Both the position numbers and the translations under genes were made by a program. The notes beneath the pieces were generated by a model, which worked only from the letters and a program-made list of their open reading frames with translations, ran no database searches and had not been told where the DNA came from. From Bugula neritina (lineage: Eukaryota; Animalia; Bryozoa): a DNA stretch of 64,000 nt. This document shows, piece after piece, positions 44,955 to 60,100 of this stretch. The stretch spans positions 9,862,480 through 9,926,479 of the forward strand of contig OZ037771.1 in assembly GCA_964035545.1 (NCBI GenBank), in the 5' to 3' direction. Within the stretch, counting starts at the first letter, position 1; each line of letters opens with the position of its first letter.

Positions 44955-47900
44955 AAAACCTGCCCTAGTAATTCCACAGCTGCAGTGCACTGTCCTCAAA
45001 CAAACTGCTCTGCATAATATCATACGCAGCTGTAAGCGTTACTTATCTTGCCCGATTGGATATGTTACTAGTAAAAGCTAGCTCGGTAAATAAAAAATTC
45101 GATGTTAAAACGCAATCTGTGAAGTGAACTTGCCAACTGGCGGTGGGAATATGATTTCAAAATGGAGTGAAAAACGTCTTTTACCTCACAAACCTAGGAT
45201 GAAAGAGTGTACTTTGATTAACTTTAAGAGTTTAACTTCAAGGGTAAGTGAGTACCACTGCTTCCTTCAGCAAATTTGCATGTTTCATATTGCTTTCAAG
45301 CAATAATATATTTATTTTTAATTAATTTTATAGGATTTGTATAGTTGTACTATTACTATTAGTATTACAGTAGACCTATACTGCGTATTATATATATTAT
45401 TAATATTATATTCATATTCATATTGTTATTATTATTATAGCATTGCACAGTATAACTAAACTTCAAAATTGAGTTTTATATTCATAAAAAAGGCATAGTA
45501 TAATAAGAATGCATTGATGGTAGAACTATTACTAAGACTGTAAGACTAGATCAAAATTGTCAGAGTTCATTTCATCATTATGTAAGAAAAATGGCCAAAT
45601 TTATTATTGACTCACTTTTTTCTCCAATTATTTAGAGTACTGTAGTTGAGTAGGCACATAGAAAATATAGTTTTGCACTAAAAATCTTCTGTTTAGTAAC
45701 TTTCATTGTACTACTACTTGCATACCCAACTACATTTACTGTGAGTGACCAACTTAAAATACATTATAAGCATATGTTTCAAAAGAATTGGAGTCATCAC
45801 GGCAATCATATCTACTAAAAAATTATTTAAAAAATACAATTTCAAGGGAGCATCCAACCTAATAGTAATTGTAATTATGAGCTGTGTTTTTTAAAAAGTT
45901 ATCAGCTGGCAGCTTTGATCTGATTACAGTATAGGTAGATTTTACAGTACTCTAGTACTAACTGTGGTGTATGAACAATTTAATTCAAATTCAAAAAGTT
46001 GCAAATTACTTTTCAATGTATTGAGAAAACTGCTATTTATATTTTTAGATTGAGTTCCAAAAACAAGTGAGCTACTAGATGATTAGGTTTTGTCAAAGAA
46101 ATGCTATAGCATGTGTGCTCAGGACATCCTTTCTATGTCAGCATCAGCTCATAGGATTTTTAGATTCTCTACTCTTGCAAGACGATATATTTTTATGTTT
46201 AAAAAACATAATACTCTACAACTGACACCTATATATCAAGACTCTACCTGCAAAAATAGGACTTTTATCAACGGATATAAAAACTAAAATTATTAATAAT
46301 TGACAGGACTAATCACCCCAGCAATGTGCCTTTTAGTTAGGCTTTGCAGCTTGAATTTTTATAGATTCTACTTTTTTACAAAATCGGTTTTGACATTCAA
46401 TATTGTAATGTATGTTTAAGAAAAGTAATTAGAGAACTAACATATTATTTCCCGTGTTTGTAAGATACTTATAGGATGTATTGCTATAAAAAAGCCCTGA
46501 CTTATTCCTTCACAAAAGTACACAGCTGTTACACCTTCTGCATGTTTGCATTATTTATTGAACTTGCTACTTCTATATATGCCTGATCATACGTATGTAT
46601 ATATATATATATTCTATTATGTTTGAAAATCCACACTGATTTTCGTTTTGATCTTTAGCAATGGCTATCTGGTGTTAACTTGAATAAAACTGGTTGATTT
46701 GTTGCATATTCCTAAATTATTAAGTCAATTCTTGTTATGGAATATTATAACTGCAGCATCAGAATAATGGAAAATGCATTGCTAGTTATATCTGAGCTGA
46801 TTAATTGACACCTATCAGGCCGGAAACAAAACTGAATTCACTGGACATCTGTTTTTATCTTAAGGAGGTTTTCTCTTCAAATTCTCAATTCTTGCCTAGC
46901 TAAGATAAAAACTGTTCATCTTGGGTGTTTCACTCGAGCAAGCATAGCGTCAGTCTAACTAGACGCAGCTTTTTCTATTAAATGCTAAATTTAGAAACAT
47001 AAAATAGTTGATAATCTTGGCTCTGAGTTGGTATATACAGCAAGCCGATGATATCATGCTTGAGTGAACACTGCGCAGCTATGATAACCAACTATTGATA
47101 GTAGCTGCCAGGAGTACAAAGGAGCCCAGTTGTTTGCTGGCCTCAAATTTATTTCTCAGTGCAAGGCAACAAGATACAGCTCATAGCCAATTTTTGGACA
47201 TTTAGCTAGAAGCAATTTAAGGTTGATTGGGCCTTTTAAAGTTTAGACTGTATACAACAGAGAGCAAATAGAATATATTTAAAGCACAGGCTCACAGTCT
47301 AACCTTTTATATAGTTCCAAGTTCCAACTCACTTCAATAAGTGTTGATTAATGCTTATAATTATGTACAATGGGACCACAAAAGTACCTACTAGCTATAT
47401 TAGAAACTTGCAGCAATCAAATCCTTTACCAAAACCATCTAAACTCAAAGTGGCCACACAAAATTCTGCACATCTGATCATTACAGCTACCAACAAAATC
47501 TCACACATGACTATCTGACCTATATGCAAGTCTCTTTACTATTCTAAGCTATTGTGCAGAGTCTGTAACTGATTGTAATAGTTTAGCAATGAGAAGTGTT
47601 TTTGCAACTAGAAGAGGATTTTAATGATGAAGGTAATTTTGACTTCAAGTTAGTCAATGGTAGTGAACAGATAGATTATTATTCTAGCGTAAAAACAGTA
47701 TGCTTTGAGAGAAGAGCATCTCTAAACTATTTGTTAAGTTGTAGTCAAGCCTGTAATTATTAACAACTTTATTAGACTAGGCAAATGGATAAATATTGAG
47801 TTAGCTTTAGCATTTAGCTTGCTTCCAGAATCTGAAAGAGTTTTACATGGTTAGTTGAAAAAGAAGTTACAAAAATTATCTTCCTTTGTACATCAAGTAC

Positions 47901-48159
47901 ATTGCACATGAAACAAACCACTGGTCTCTTGTAATAATAATAATGAGGTGATGCTGAGGCTTGCCATGACCACATACTTGCTCAATAGATTGTAGCGATG
48001 GTTGTAATGCAAACAGGTGCAGCCCTAGCTAATTTGATGGTCTGTTGGCAATTGTTATATCTCATGCTAAATTATGACAAGTAGGCAATACGCATGCCGC
48101 CCACAGAGCAATAGCAACTAGGAACTGAGACTAGATTATGAGATGATATTTTACTGGGA

Positions 48160-48179
48160 ATGACCTTAACTATGCTGTG
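48160..48179 (-). repeat. right terminal inverted repeat (20 bp, imperfect)
   Basis: ATGACCTTAACTATGCTGTG directly abuts the duplicated AA and the resumed satellite. Confidence 0.9.
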
Positions 48180-51100
48180 AACATATTGAAATATACTGCA
48201 ACACACTGAAACATACTGAAACATACTGAGACATACTGAAATACACTGCAACATACTGCAACATACTGAAATATACTGAAATATACTGAAATACACTGTA
48301 ACACATTGAAAAATACTGCAACATACTGAAGGACACTTCAACTCACTGAAGTATAGTGTAATATACAGAAATGTACTGTAACATACTGATATTTACTGTA
48401 ACACACTGAAATATACTGCAACATACTGAAATACACTATAACATACCGAAATAAACTGCAACATAATGCAACATACTGAATTACACTGTAACATACTGAA
48501 ATACACTGCAACATTCTGCAACATAATTCAACGTACTGAAAGACACTGTAACATAATGAAATACACTGCAACACATTGAAATATACCGCAACAGACTGGA
48601 ATATACTGCAACACATCCAAGTACATCGTAATATACGGACATGTACTGTAACATACTGGAACATACTGAAACATACTGCAACATTCTGAAGTACACTGTA
48701 AAATATTGAAATACACTGCAACAAACTGCAACATACTGAAGTACGCTGTACATATTGAAAAACACTGCAACACACTGAAATATACTGCAACACACTGAAA
48801 TATACTGCAAAATACCGAATTATACTTCAACATACTGCAACATACTGAAAGACACTACAACTCACTGAAGTATAGTGCAATATACAGAAATGTACTGTAA
48901 CATACTGATATTTAATGTTACACACTGAAATATACTACAACATACTAAAATACACTGCAACATACCGAAATAAGCTGCAACATACTGCTACATACTGAAA
49001 TACACGGTAACATGATGTAATACACTGCAACACATTGAAATATACCTCAACAAACTGAAATATACTGCAACATACTGAAATGTACTGCAACATACTGAAA
49101 TACATGGCAACATATCGAAGTATATCGTAATAAACGGACATGTACTGTAACATACTGAAACACACTGAAACATACTGAAACATACTGAAACATACTGAAA
49201 CATACTGAAATACAGTGCAACATACTGAAAATACTGTAACATTATGAAATGCGCTGCAACACATTGAAATATACTGCAACAAACTGAAATATACTGCAAC
49301 ATACTAAAACGTACTGCAACATACTGAAATACATTGCAACATATCGAAGTATATCGTAATATACGGACATGTACTGAAACATACTGAAACATACTGAAAC
49401 ATACTGAGATACACTGGAACATACTGCAACATACTGAAATACACTGTAACATGATGAAATACACTGCAACACTTTGAAATATACTACAACAAACTGAAAT
49501 ATACTGCAACATACTGAAACGTACTGCAACATACTGAAATACATTGCAACATATCGAAGTATGTCGTAATATACGGACATGTACTGTAACATACTGAAAC
49601 ACACTGAAACATACTGAAACATACTGAAATATACTGAAATATACTGAAATACACTGTAACACATTGAAAAATACTGCAACATACTGAAAGACACTTCAAC
49701 TCACTGAAGTATAGTGTAATATACGGAAATGAACTGTAACATACTGATAATTACTGCAACACACTGAAATATACTGCAACATACTGAAATACACTGTAAC
49801 ATAATGAAATACACTGCAACATACTGCAACATACTGAAGTACACTGTAAAATATTAAAATACACTGCAACACATTCGAATATACTGCAACACATTGAAAT
49901 ATACTGTAACATACTGAAACATGAGCAATATACTGAAAGATGCCTCAACATACTCAAATACACTGCAAGAAACTGCAACATACGTAAATACACTGTAACA
50001 TACTGAAATACACTGAAACATACTGCAACCTACAGAAGTACACTGTAAAATATTCAAATACACTGCAACACATTGAAATACACTGCAACACACTGAAATA
50101 TACTGCAACATACTGAAATGTACTTCAACATAATGAAAAACACTGCAACATATCAAAGTATATCGTAATATACAGACATGTACTGTAACATACTGTTACT
50201 TACTGAAATACACTGCAACAAACTGTAACATACTGAAACACACTGAAACATACTGAAACATACTGAAACATACTGTAACATACTGAAACACACTGAAACA
50301 TACTGAAACATACTGAGACATACTGAAATACACTGCAACATACTGCAACATACTGAAATATACTGAAATATACTGAAATACACTGTAACACATTGAAAAA
50401 TACCGCAACATACTGAAAGACACTTCAACTCATTGAAGTATAGTGTAATATACGGAAATGTACTGTAACATACTGATATTTACTGTAACACACTGAAATA
50501 TACTGCAACATACTGAAATACACTGTTACATGCCAAATTAAACTGCAACATACTGCAACATACTGAAATACACTGTAACATACTCAAATACACTGCAACA
50601 TTCTGCAACATATTGAAATATACTGCAACACACTGAAACATACTGAAACATACTGAGACATACTGAAATACACTGCAACATACTGCAACATACTGATATA
50701 TACTGAAATATACTGAAATACACTGTAACACATTGAAAAATACTGCAACATACTGAAGGACACTTCAACTCACTGAAGTATAGTGTAATATACAGAAATG
50801 TACTGTAACATACTGATATTTACTGTAACACACTGAAATATACTGCAACATACTGAAATACACTATAACATACCGAAATAAACTGAAACATAATGCAACA
50901 TACTGAATTACACTGTAACATACTGAAATACACTGCAACATTCTGCAACTCACTTCAACGTACTGAAAGACACTGTAACAAACTGAAATACGGTGCAACA
51001 CATTGGAATATACTGCAACATACGCAAATAAATGGTAACATACTGAAATATACTGAAATACAATGTAACACATTGAAAAATACTGCAACACACTGAAAGA

Positions 51101-54100
51101 CACTACAACTCACTGAAGTATAGTGTAATATACGAAAACGTACTGTAACATACTGATATTTACTGCAACACACTGAAATGTACTGCAACATACTGAAATA
51201 CACTGTTACATGCCAAAATAAACTGCAACATACTGCAACATACTGAAATATACTGTAACATACTCAAATACACTGCAACATTCTGCAACATATTGAAATA
51301 TACTGCAACACACTGAAATATACTGCAACACATCCAAGTAGACTGTAATATACGGACATGTACTGTAACATACTGAAACAAAATGAAATATACTGTAACA
51401 CTCTGAGTAATACTGCAAAATGCTGAAATATACGGTAACACAGTGAAGTATACCGCAAAATTCTGAAACATACTGCAACATACTAAAACATGAGCAATAT
51501 ACTGAAAAATGCCTCAGCATACTCAAATATACTGCAAGATGCTGCAACATACGTAAATACACTGTAACATACTGAAATACACTGCAACATACTGCAGCAT
51601 ACTGAAGTACACTGTAAAATATTGAAATACACTGCAACACATTGGAATATACTGCAACACACTGAAATATACTGCAACATACTGAAATATACTGCAACAT
51701 ACTGCAACATACTGAAGTGCACTGTAACATACTGTAACTCACTGAAATACACTGCAACAAACTGTAACATACTGAAACACACTGAAACATACTGAAACAT
51801 ACTGAAACATACTGTAACATACTGAAAGACACTGAAACACACTGAAACATACTGAGACATACTGAAATACACTGCAACATACTGAAACATACTGAAATAT
51901 ACTGAAATATACTGAAATACACTGTAACACATTGAAAAATACTGCAACATACTGAAAGAAACTTCAACTCACTTAAGTATAGTGTAATATACGGAAATGT
52001 ACTGTAACATACTGATATTTACTGTAACACACTGAAATATACTGCAACATACTGAAATACACTGTAACATACCGAAATAAACTGCAACATAATGCAACAT
52101 ACTGAATTACACTGTAACATACTAAAATACACTGCAACATTCTGCAACATACTTCAACGTACTGAAAGACACTGTAACATAATGATATACACTGCAACAC
52201 ATTGAAATATACCGCAACAGACTGGAATATACTGCAACACATCCAAGTACATCGTAATATACGGACATGTACTGTAACATACTGGAACATACTGAAACAT
52301 ACTGCAACATTCTGAAGTACACTGTAAAATATTGAAATACACTGCAACGAACTGCAACATACTGAAGTACACTGTACATATTGAAAAACACTGCAACACA
52401 CTGAAATATACTGCAACACACTGAAATATACAGCAAAATACTGAATTATACTTCAACATACTGCAACATACTGAAAGACACTACAACTCACTGAAGTATA
52501 GTGCAATATACAGAAATGTACTCTAACATACTGATATTTAATGTTACACACTGAAATATACTACAACATACTGAAATACACCGCAACATACCGAAATAAG
52601 CTGCAACATACTGCAACATACTGAAATACACTGTAACCTGATGTAGTACACTGCAACACATTGAAATATACTGCAACAAACTGAAATATACTGCAACATA
52701 CTGAAATGTACTGCAACATACTGAAATACATTACAACATATCGAAGTATATTGTAATAAACGGACATGTACTGTAACATACTGAAACACACTGAAACATA
52801 CTGAAACACACTGAAACATACTGAAACATACTGAAATACACTGCAACATACTGAAACATACTGTAACATTATGAAATACACTGCAACACATTGAAATATA
52901 CTGCAACAAACTGAAATGTACTGCAACATACTGAAATACATTGCAACATATCGAAGTATATCGTAATAAAAGGACATGTACTGTAACATACTGAAACACA
53001 CTGAAACATACTGAAACATACTGAAACATACTGAAACATACTGAGATACACTGCAACATACTGCAACATACTGAAATACACTGTAACATGGTGAAATACA
53101 CTGCAACACATTGAAATATACTGCAACAAACTGAAATATACTGCAACATACTGAAACGTACTGCAACATACTGAAACTAATTGCAACATATCGAAGTATA
53201 TCGTAAAATACGGACATGTACTGTAACATACTGAAACACACTGAAACATACTGGAACATACTGAAATATACTGAAATATATAGAAATACACTGTAACACA
53301 TTGAAAAATACTGCAACATACTGAAGGACACTTCAACTCACTGAAGTATAGTGTAATATACAGAAATGTACTGTAACATACTGATATTTACTGTAACACA
53401 CTGAAATATACTGCAACATACTGAAATACACTGTAACATACCGAAATAAACTGCAACATAATGCAACATACTGAATTACACTGTAACATACTAAAATACA
53501 CTGCAACATTCTGCAACATACTTCAACGTACTGAAAGACACTGTGACATAATGAAATACACTGCAACACATTGAAATATACCGCAACAGACTGGAATATA
53601 CTGCAACACATCCAAGTACATCGTAATATACGGACATGTACTGTAACATACTGGAACATACTGAAAAATACTGCAACATTCTGAAGTACACTGTAAAATA
53701 TTGAAATACACCGCAACAAACTGCAACATACTGAAGTACACTGTACATATTGAAAAACACTGCAACACACTGAAACACACTGCAACACACTGATATATAC
53801 TGCAAAATACTGAATTATACTTCAACATACTGCAACATACTGAAAGACACTACAACTCACTGAAGTATAGTGCAACATACAGAAATGTATTCTAACATAC
53901 TGATTTTTAATGTTACACACTGAAATATGCTACAACATACTGAAATACACTGCAACATACCGAAATAAGCTGCAACATACTGCAACATACTGAAATACAC
54001 TGTAACATGATGTAGTACACTGCAACACATTGAAATATACTGTAACAAACTGAAATATACTGCAACATACTGAAATGTACTGCAACATACTGAAATACAT

Positions 54101-57100
54101 GGCAACATATCGAAGTATATCGTAATAAACGGACATGTACTGTAACATACTGAAACACACTGAAACATACTGAAACATACTGAAACATACTGAAACATAC
54201 TGAAATACACTGCAACAAACTGCAACATACTGAAACATACTGTAACATGATGAAATAACCTGAAACACAATGAAATATACAGCAACAAACTGAAATATAC
54301 TGCAACATACTGAAACGTACTGCAACATACTGAAATTAATTGCAACATATCGAAGTATATCGTAATATACAGACATGTACTGTAATATACTGAAACACAC
54401 TGAAACATACTGAAACATACTGAAACATACTGAAACATACTGAGATACACTGCAACATGCTGCAACATACTGAAATACACTGTAACATGATGAAATACAC
54501 TGCAACACATTGAAATATACTGCAACAAACTGAAATATACTGCAACATACTGAAACGTGCTGCAACATACTGAAATACATTGCAATATATCGAAGTATAT
54601 CGTAATATACGGACATGTACTGTAACATACTGAAACACACTGAAACATACTGAAACGTACTGAAATATACTGAAATACACTGTAACACATTGAAAAACAC
54701 TGCAACATACTGAAAGACACTTCAACTCACTGAAGTATAGTGTAATATACAGAAATGTACTGTAACATACTGATAATTACTGCAACACACTGAAAAATAC
54801 TGCAACATACTGAAATACACTGTAACATACCGAAATAAACTGCAACATAATGCAACATACTGAATTACACTGTAACATACTAAATTACACTGCAACATTC
54901 TGCAACATAGTTCAACGTACTGAATATACTGTAACATAATGAAATACACTGCAACATACTGCAGCATACTGAAGTACACTGTAAAATATTGAAATACACC
55001 GCAACAAACTGCAACATTCTGCAACATACTTCAACATACTGAAATACACTGTAACAAACTGAAATACACTGCAAAAAATTGGAATATACTGCAACACACT
55101 GAAATATACTGCAACATACTGAAATATACTGCAACATACTGCAACATACTGAAGTGCACTGTAACATACTGTAACTTACTGAAATACACTGCAACAAACT
55201 GTAACATACTGAAACACACTGAAACATACTGAAACACACTGAAACATACTGAAACATACTGAGACATACTGAAATACACTGCAACATACTGAAACATACT
55301 GAAATATACTGAAATATACTGAAATACACTGTAACACATTGAAAAATACTGCAACATACTGAAGGACACTTCAACTCACTGAAGTATAGTGTAATATACG
55401 GAAATGTACTGTAACATACTGATATTTACTGTAACACACTAAAATATACTGCAACATACTGAAATACACTGTAACATACCGAAATAAACTGCAACATAAT
55501 GCAACATACTGAATTACACTGTAACATACTAAAATACACTGCAACATTCTGCAACATACTTCAACGTACTGAAAAACACTGTAACATAATGAAATACACT
55601 GCAACACATTAAAATATACCGCAACAGACTGGAATATACTGCAACACATCCAAGTACATCGTAATATATGGACATGTACTGTAACATACTGGAACATACT
55701 AAAACATACTGCAACATTTTGAAGTACACTGTAAAATATTGAAATACACTGCAACAAACTGCAACATACTGAAGTACACTGTACATATTGAAAAACACTG
55801 CAACACACTGAAATATACTGCAACACATTGAATTATACTGCAAAATACTGAATTATACTTCAACATACTGCAACATACTGAAAGACACTACAACTCACTG
55901 AAGTATAGTGCAATATACAGAAATGTACTCTAACATACTGATATTTAATGTTACACACTGAAATATGCTACAACATACTGAAATACACTGCAACATACCG
56001 AAATAAGCTGCAACATACTGCAACATACTGAAATACACTGTAACATGATGTAGTACACTGCAACACATTGAAATATACTGCAACAAACTGAAATATACTG
56101 CAACATACTGAAATGTACTGCAACATACTGAAATACATTGCAACATATCGAAGTATATCGTAATAAACGGACATGTACTGTAACATACTGAAACACAGTG
56201 AAACATACTGAAACATACTGAAACATACTGAAATACACTGCAACATACTGCAACATACTGCAACATACTGAAGTACACAGTAAAATATTAAAACACACTG
56301 CAACACATTGGGATATACTGCAACACACTGAAATATACTGTAACATACTGAAACATGCGCAATATACTGAAAGATGCCTCAACATACTCAAATACACTGC
56401 AAGAAACTGCAACATACTTAAATACACTGTAACATACTGAAATACACTGAAACATACTGCAACATACTGAAGTGCACTGTAAAATATTCAAATACGCTGC
56501 AACACATTGAAATACACTGCAACACACTGAAACATACTGCAACATACCGAAATGTACTTCAACATAATGAAAAACACTGCAACATATCAAAGTATATCGT
56601 AATATACAGACATGTACTGTAACATACTGAAACATACTGAAACATACTGAGATACACTGCAACATACTGCAACATACTGAAAGGCACTACAACTCACTGA
56701 AGTATAGTGCAATATACAGAAATGTACTCTAACATACTGATATTTAATGTTATACACTGAAATATACTACAACATACTGAAATACACTGTAACATACCAA
56801 AATGAGCTGCAACATACTGCAACATACCGAAATACACTGTAACATGATGAAGTACACTGCAACACATTGAAATACACTGCAACAAACTGAAATATACTGC
56901 AACATACTGAAATGTACTGCAACATACTGAAATACATTGCAACATATCGAAGTATATCGTAATAAACGGACATGTACTGTAACATACTGATAATTACTGC
57001 AACACACTGAAATATACTGCAACATACTGAAATACACTGTAACATACCAAAATAAACTGCAACATAATGCAACATACTGAATTACATTGTAACATACTAA

Positions 57101-60100
57101 ATTACACTGCAACATTCTGCAACATACTTCAACGTACTGAAATACACTGTAACATAATGAAATACACTGCAACATACTGCGACATACTGAAGTACACTGT
57201 AAAATATTAAAATAAACTGCAACACATTGGAATATACTGCAACAAACTGAAATAGGCTGTAACATACTGAAATGTACTTCAACATAATGAAAAACACTGC
57301 AACATATCAAAGTATATCGTAGTATACAGACATGTACTGTAACATACTGAAACATACTGAAACATACTGAAACATACTGAAACATACTGAAACATACTGA
57401 AATACACTGTAACAAACTGAAATACACTGCAACAAGTTGGAATATACTGCAACATACCCAAGTATATGGTAATATAATGAAATATACTGCAACATACCTC
57501 AACATACTGAAAAACACTGTAACAAACTGAAATACGCTGCAACACATTGGAATATACTGCAACAAACTGAAATATACTGCAACATACTGAAACGTACTGC
57601 AACATACTGAAATACATTGCAACATATCGAAGTATGTCGTATCATACGGACATGTACTGTAACATACTGAAACACACGGAAACATACTGAAACATACTGA
57701 AATATACCGAAATATACTGAAATACACTGTAACACATTGCAAAATACTGCAACATGCTGAAAGACACTTCAACTCACTGAAGTATAGTGTAATATATGGA
57801 AATGTACTGTAACATACTGATAATTACTGCAACACATTGAAATATACTGCAACAAACTGAAATATACTGCAACATACTGAAATGTACTGCAACATACTGA
57901 AATACATTGCAACATATCGAAGTATATCGTAATAAACGGACATGTACTGTAACATACTGAAACACTCTGAAACATACTGAAACATACTGAAACATACTGA
58001 AACATACTGAAATACACTGCAACATACTGAAACATACTGTAACATTATGAAATACACTGCAACACCTTGAAATATACTGCAACAAACTGAAATGTACTGT
58101 AACATACTGAAACACACTGAAACATACTGAAACATACTGAAACATACTGAAACATACTGAGATACACTGCAACATACTGCAACATACTGAAATACACTGT
58201 AACATGATGAAATACACTGCAACACATTGAAATACACTGCAACAAACTGAAATATACTGCAACATACTGAAACGTACTGCAACATACTGAAACTAATTGC
58301 AACATATCGAAATATATCGTAAAATACGGACATGTACTGTAACATACTGAAACACACTGAAACATACTGAAACATACTGAAACATACTGAAACATACTGA
58401 GATACGCTGCAACATACTGCAACATACTGAAATACACTGTAACATGATGAAATACACTGCAACACATTGAAATATACTGCAACAAAGTGAAATATACTGC
58501 AACATACTGAAACGTGCCGCAACATACTGAAATACATTGCAATATATCGAAGTATATCGTAATATACGGACATGTACTGTAACATACTGAAACACACTGA
58601 AACATACTGGAACATACTGAAATATACTGAAATATATAGAAATACACTGTAACACACTGAAAAATACTGCAACATACTGAAAGACACTTCAACTCACTGA
58701 AGTATAGTGTAATATACGGAAATGTACTGTAACATACTGATAATTACTGCAACACACTGAAATATACTGCAACATACTGAAATACACTGTAACATAATGA
58801 AATACACTGCAACATACTGCAACATACTGAAGTACGCTGTAAAATAATAAAATACACTGCAACACATTCGAATATACTGCAACACACTGAAATATACTGT
58901 ACCATACTGAAACATGAGCAATATACTGAAAGATGCCTCAACATACTCAAATACACTGCAAGAAACCGCAACATACGTAAATACACTGTAACATACTGCA
59001 ATACACTGAAACATACTGCAACATACAGAAGTACACTGTAAAATATTCAAATACACTGCAACACATTGAAATACACTGCAACACACTGAAATATACTGCA
59101 ACATACTGAAATGTACTTCAACATAATGAAAAACACTGCAACATATCAAAGTATATGGTAATATACAGACATGTACTGTAACATACTGTTACTTACTGAA
59201 ATACACTGCAACAAACTGTAACATACTGAAACACACTGAAACATACTGAAACATACTGAAACATACTGTAACATACTGAAACACACTGAAACATACTGAA
59301 ACATACTGAAATATACTGAAATACACTGTAACACATTGAAAAATACCGCAACATACTGAAAGACACTTCAACTCACTGAAGTATAGTGTAATATACGGAA
59401 ATGTACTGTAACATACTGATATTTACTGTAACACACTGAAATATACTGCAACATACTGAAATACACTGTTACATGCCAAAATAAACTGCAACATACTGCA
59501 ACATACTGAAATACACTGTAACATACTCAAATACACTGCAACATTCGGCAACATATTGAAATATACTGCAACACACTGAAATATACTGCAACACACTGAA
59601 ATATACTGCAAAATACTGAAATATACTTCAACATACTGCAACATACTGAAAAACACTACAACTCACTGAAGTATAGTGCAATATACAGAAATGTACTCTA
59701 ACATACTGATATTTAATGTTACACACTGAAATATACTACAACATACTGAAATACAATGTAACATACCGAAGTAAGCTGCAACATACTGCAACATACTGAA
59801 ATACACTGTAACATGATGAAGTACACTGCAACACCTTGAAATACACTGCAACAAACTGAAATATACTGCAACATACTGAAATGTACTGCAACATAGTGAA
59901 ATACATTGCAACATATCGAAGTATATCGTAATAAACGGACATGTACTGTAACATACTGAAACACACTGAAACATACTGAAACATACTGAAACATACTGAA
60001 ACATACTGAAATACACTGCAGCAAACTGCAACATACTGAAACATACTGTAACATGATGAAAAACACTGCAACACATTGAAATATACTGCAACAAACTGAA

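Larger units (their letters stand above)
42824..48179. mobile_element. 5356-bp TIR DNA transposon, probably CACTA/EnSpm (CMC)-like and non-autonomous
   Basis: Begins CACAGCTTGATTAAGGTCAT and ends ATGACCTTAACTATGCTGTG (17/20 inverted match). Flanked by AA at 42822-42823 and 48180-48181. The uninterrupted target CATTCTGCAACATATTGAAA occurs in paralogous copies (AA at 41044-41045 and 50607-50608). Superfamily is inferred only from the CAC...GTG ends plus 2-bp TSD; no transposase recognised. Confidence 0.88.
39880..48790. repeat. 1778-bp tandem duplication whose second copy is split by the transposon
   Basis: Offset 1778 left of the insert (40188/41966, 40590/42368) and 7136 = 1778+5356+2 right of it (41202/48338). 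A third related copy lies at offset 9563 (40188/49751, 40590/50153, 41202/50765). Confidence 0.87.

Noticed and set aside
44772-44960. GAGGGGGTGTTCAAAG ... CACCCCC as the ends of a nested mariner or MITE
   Set aside because: The inverted match is limited to a short G/C run, with no convincing TIR or TSD.
43022-46287. Unspliced short ORFs of 60-93 aa in the insert as stand-alone genes or transposase
   Set aside because: They are short, show no recognisable DDE or other domain motif, and several start at non-ATG codons. At most, parts of them are exons.
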